Source: Octopus sinensis
Taxonomy: Eukaryota
Length of the DNA: 12,956 bases
NCBI RefSeq assembly: GCF_006345805.1
Contig: NW_021826327.1
Span: 1 to 12,956 of the forward strand
Direction of reading: 5' to 3'
This document shows, in pieces, positions 10,063 to 12,956 of the stretch; the first letter of the stretch is position 1; the number at the start of each line of letters is the position of its first letter. The notes below the pieces were generated by a model. The model did no database searches. It was not told the origin of the DNA and worked only from the letters and a program-made list of their open reading frames with translations. Made by a program: the position numbers and the translations under genes.

Positions 10063-10109
<47 letters not shown>

Positions 10110-10320
10110 TTGCATGTCTGTGTTTGTCCCCCTAGCATTGCTTGACAACTGATGCTGGTGTGTTTATGTCACCGTCACTTAGCAGGTTGGCAAAAGAAGA
10201 CCGATAAAATAAGTACTAGGCTTACAAAGAATAAGTCCTGGGGTCAATTTGCTCAACTAAAGGTGGTGCTCCAGCATGGCCGCAGTCAAATGACTGAAAC
10301 AAGTAAAAGAGCAAAAAAAA
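9873..10320 (+). mobile_element. Near full-length tRNA-type SINE with internal (TA)n(TG)n microsatellite
   Basis: tRNA-like head (GCTTGCTTACCAACCACATGGTTCCAGATTCAGTCCC), core GGCACCTTGGGCAAGTGTCTTCTACTATAGCCTCGGGCCGACCAAAGCC, 3' CCAGCATGGCCGCAGTCAAATGACTGAAAC and an A-rich tail. Recognised as an octopus-type SINE from memory. Confidence 0.85.
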
Positions 10321-10796
10321 AGAGGGAAATATTTGACCTTAAAGAATTCCATTAACTCTCACACATACACTAAATAATAAAAACAATTTCATGAATTTAG
10401 TCTGTTGGAAAGAATAAATTGTTCACCATGTAATTCTAATATTTTCCTGATGATATTTTGCTCACAACTATATAAATCAAAATCTATTAGATAAAAAAAA
10501 AAAAAAAATCTGTAATTTATTAATTGAGTATAAATTGAAACAATTGTAGGATTGATTAACAATATGTTAATAAATTAATTATTAACCATTAACTCTTCAT
10601 TTTCTTCTCTTAATTGTATATGTGTGTGTATATATATATATATATATTTATATATAGAGGGCATAATTATACATACATGCCAGGAGGCATTATATATACA
10701 TGCCAAACGCTAAGAGGGACAATCAGTCATTTCTACCAAAAATATTACTAATCCCACCGAATGCAATTTTTCAAAGTAAGACATTTAAAAATATAT

Positions 10797-10844
10797 AGGC
10801 CTGTATCACAGTGATTTCATACTTACGTAATCATCAGCAGGCCT
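10797..10844 (-). ncRNA. Minimal type I hammerhead ribozyme, copy 1
   Basis: Minus strand: AGGCCTG CTGATGA T-TAC-GTAA-GTA-T GAAA TCAC-T-GTGA TA CAGGCCT. 7-bp perfect helix I, canonical CUGAUGA and GAAA core, AUA cleavage triplet (cut after + coordinate 10804). Confidence 0.9.
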
Positions 10845-11284
10845 GAATGTATTATAAATAAACAACGACCCTGCCTCGCTTAAGCCGAACAGCTAACTGA
10901 TCAACATCAACGAAGCACATGGGTGAGTTTATATATATTACATCGGGGTGAATGGCAAACTTTTACAAAATTGCATTTCGGGAGAGGAAAAGTTTTTTCG
11001 GAATAAAAATTTTGCAATTAAGGACAACTACTTAATAAGGAAAACTTAACAAGAAATTGTCAGGTAGATAGCGTAAAAACCTCATAAGAGAAAAAATTTC
11101 GAAAATAATTATTTCTTATTGAACATATTAATTTATATATAGAGGGCATAATTATACATACATGCCAGGAGGCATTATATATAATGCCAAACGCTAAGAG
11201 GGACAATCAGTCATTTCTACCAAAAATATTACTAATCCCACCGAATGCAATTTTTCAAAGTAAGTAAGACATTTAAAAATATAT

Positions 11285-11332
11285 AGGCCTGTATCACAGT
11301 GATTTCATACTTACGTAATCATCAGCAGGCCT
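11285..11332 (-). ncRNA. Minimal type I hammerhead ribozyme, copy 2 (identical to copy 1)
   Basis: Same 48-nt sequence 488 bp away; predicted cut after + coordinate 11292. Confidence 0.9.
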
Positions 11333-11424
11333 GAATGTATTATAAATAAACAACGACCCTGCCTCGCTTAAGCCGAACAGCTAACTGATCAACATCAACG
11401 AAGCACATTGTCCTTAATTGCAAA

Positions 11425-11457
<33 letters not shown>

Positions 11458-11502
11458 CACAAACAAAAATATGTGTGTGCGCATGTGTGTGTGTGCATGC
11501 GT

Positions 11503-11725
11503 GTTTGTCTGTATCTGTGTTTGTACCTCACTACCACTTGACAACCGGTGTTAGTCTGTTTACATCTCCATAACTTAGCAGTTCAGCAGAAGAATAAGTA
11601 CCAGACTTTAAAAAAAAATAAATAAGTACTGGGGTCAATTCATTCAACTAAAAATTCTTCAAGGTGCTGCCCCAGCATGGCCACAGTCTGATGACTGAGA
11701 GAAGGAAAAAGAAAAAAAATAGAAG
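11503..11725 (+). mobile_element. 3' half of the SINE family seen at 9873-10320
   Basis: CTGTGTTTG...CTTGACAAC...AATAAGTAC...GGGGTCAATT...CCAGCATGGCCACAGTC..ATGACTGA matches 10118-10300. Confidence 0.8.
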
Positions 11726-11749
11726 ATAGATGTGTCAGTATAGAAGCTA

Positions 11750-12045
11750 CAGTCCTAAAGTTTTGAGACTTTTCCAAGAGATACATTTATTAATTTCAAA
11801 GAAGTACAAAACTCTGATCCCTATTCAAAGTAAGACCCTCTAAATTCAATGCCCTTGTTGCAGTGCCCCCAACTACTCCATGAAGGCCTCACGGAAGTCC
11901 TTCAAAAGGAAAGTATCCAGGACTCTTGTTACAGCCTCTTCCATTTTATCAGTGACTTCAAAATGACTGCCCCTTGATTTCTTCTTCATCTTGGAATATG
12001 TAGGAATGGTGAGGGGCAGTTTTGATGTCCTTCTCTGTCAAATTG
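11750..12045 (-). pseudogene. Mariner transposase C-terminus and probable terminal region (3' part of a split element)
   Basis: Minus strand: LTEKDIKTAPHHSY, a deletion of the SPDLAP region, then KMKKKSRGSHFEVTDKMEEAVTRVLDT...DFREAF...HCNKGIEFRGSYFE* (stop at 11821-23). Matches mariner C-termini ending GxYFE. Confidence 0.8.
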
Positions 12046-12183
12046 GGTGTCGTCTTCCATAAAATAAATAGGTAAATATTAAGCATAATCAATATTAAAA
12101 GTAGAAAATGGAGAGTTGATGGTTAATAATTAATTTATTAACTTATTGATAATCATTCCTACAACTCTTTCAATTTATACTCA

Positions 12184-12578
12184 ACTAGTAGTATCGCCCA
12201 GCGTTGCTCGAGTTTGTTTCGACCCTTTAGAATTGGAATTTTTGGAAGTAAAAATTTTGCATTATGTAGCTTGTTATTCTCTTTAAGTGAACATTTTTCT
12301 GGTTGAAATACACTGAAACATGGTGACACAGCAGTCAAAAGAATTGTAAAAAATAGGGATTTTCATAGAAAAAAAAGCACCTTGTTGATGTAAATAATTT
12401 TTGGTGTTAACATTGTATGATTTGAATTTTTTCTTCTACGGAAAGAAGAGCAAGCCTTCTTCTATCATACTCTCAATTTTGGTCAACTTGCACCGCAGGG
12501 TCTCGGAGGAGATAGTGTTAGTTGAAGGCTACCAAACCTGCCATACACAGACAACTTCAGCTTTATATATAGAGAGAT
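12184..12578 (+). mobile_element. Probable non-autonomous Helitron/Helentron-like element
   Basis: Begins ACTAGTAGTATCGCCCAGCGTTGCTCG (ACTAG plus a degenerate subterminal hairpin) and ends CAGACAACTTCAGCTTTATATATAGAGAGAT. These termini resemble invertebrate non-autonomous rolling-circle elements; no TSD seen. Confidence 0.5.
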
Positions 12579-12611
12579 TAATAAATTTACATTTATAAAT
12601 TTGCATATATA

Positions 12612-12686
12612 AGTTACCAGGATGAAATTCTGAACACACAAACACCAGTTGTCAAGCAGTAGTGGGGAACAAACACAGACACACAC
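12612..12686 (-). mobile_element. Short fragment of the 9873-type SINE 3' half
   Basis: Reverse complement TGTGTCTGTGTTTGTTCCCCACTACTGCTTGACAACTGGTG matches ~10115-10160. Confidence 0.7.
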
Positions 12687-12687
12687 C

Positions 12688-12956
12688 CAGTAAAGGTGCT
12701 CCAGCCTTTTGCAACAGAATCTCTTCCTGAGCTCCCTCAAAACCTCCACAAAGTAATCTTTGTTGACTGCCTGACCAGAGAGAACTCAGAGCAGGCAGAT
12801 GATGCTCCTGCTGTCATAAAGGTGGATCATCGTGACCTTCCCAGCGAACTGGCTTTGCCTGGCTTTTTTGTGCCAGTGCAAAATAGATGCTCAGCTCTTA
12901 CGAGTCAATCCATAATCAGTCTGAAGCATTTCATAAGTTTATGTAGCATTTTTGCT
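12688..12956 (-). pseudogene. Mariner transposase catalytic-domain fragment (5' part of the element whose end lies at 11750-12045)
   Basis: Minus strand: KARQSQFAGKVTMIHLYDSRSIICLL*VLSGQAVNKDYFVEVLRELRKRFCCKR, matching mariner KKARQS...GQTVNKEYYVEVLR. Runs to the window edge. Confidence 0.8.

Larger units (their letters stand above)
10646..11426 (-). mobile_element. Retrozyme-like non-autonomous element: partial tandem (488-nt period) with one hammerhead ribozyme per copy and an inverted 5' tail
   Basis: Direct repeats 10646-10920 and 11131-11408, identical except a 1-nt indel and a TAAG duplication, around a 210-bp spacer. Each contains a type I HHR on the minus strand. 11409-11426 is the reverse complement of spacer 11009-11026. 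(TA)n flanks; no ORF in the track. Confidence 0.8.

Noticed and set aside
10918-10927. ATGG|GTGAGT perfect splice donor at the repeat/spacer junction on the + strand
   Set aside because: Antisense to the ribozyme, with no upstream exon or downstream acceptor/ORF to support it.
10646-11408. Reading the direct repeats as LTRs of a TRIM or plant-type LTR retrozyme
   Set aside because: No TG...CA termini, primer-binding site, polypurine tract or 4-6 bp TSD found, and the HHR is type I rather than type III.

Overview
AT-rich, microsatellite-dense eukaryotic DNA made almost entirely of transposable-element debris. The repeat families look like those of Octopus/cephalopod genomes (inference from recognition, not a search). 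I can support no intact host gene; most long ORFs in the track are microsatellite read-throughs. Contents: (1) the 3' part of a Penelope-like element (PLE) with a frameshifted linker plus GIY-YIG endonuclease and a hammerhead ribozyme (HHR) motif in its 3' region; (2) several RTE-clade LINE fragments, including a 1.8-kb 5'-truncated copy with a PHD-like finger in the ORF and a (TGA)n tail; (3) tRNA-type SINEs; (4) two decayed mariner transposases with nested insertions; (5) a TTAA-flanked MITE; (6) a probable non-autonomous Helitron-like element. The standout is 10646-11426. It is a non-coding ~1.6-mer tandem repeat with a 488-nt period, and each copy carries a well-formed minimal type I hammerhead ribozyme on the minus strand. 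It has a short inverted 5' tail and (TA)n flanks, which together suggest a retrozyme-like, probably PLE-mobilised element that could release a 488-nt self-cleaved, circularisable RNA.
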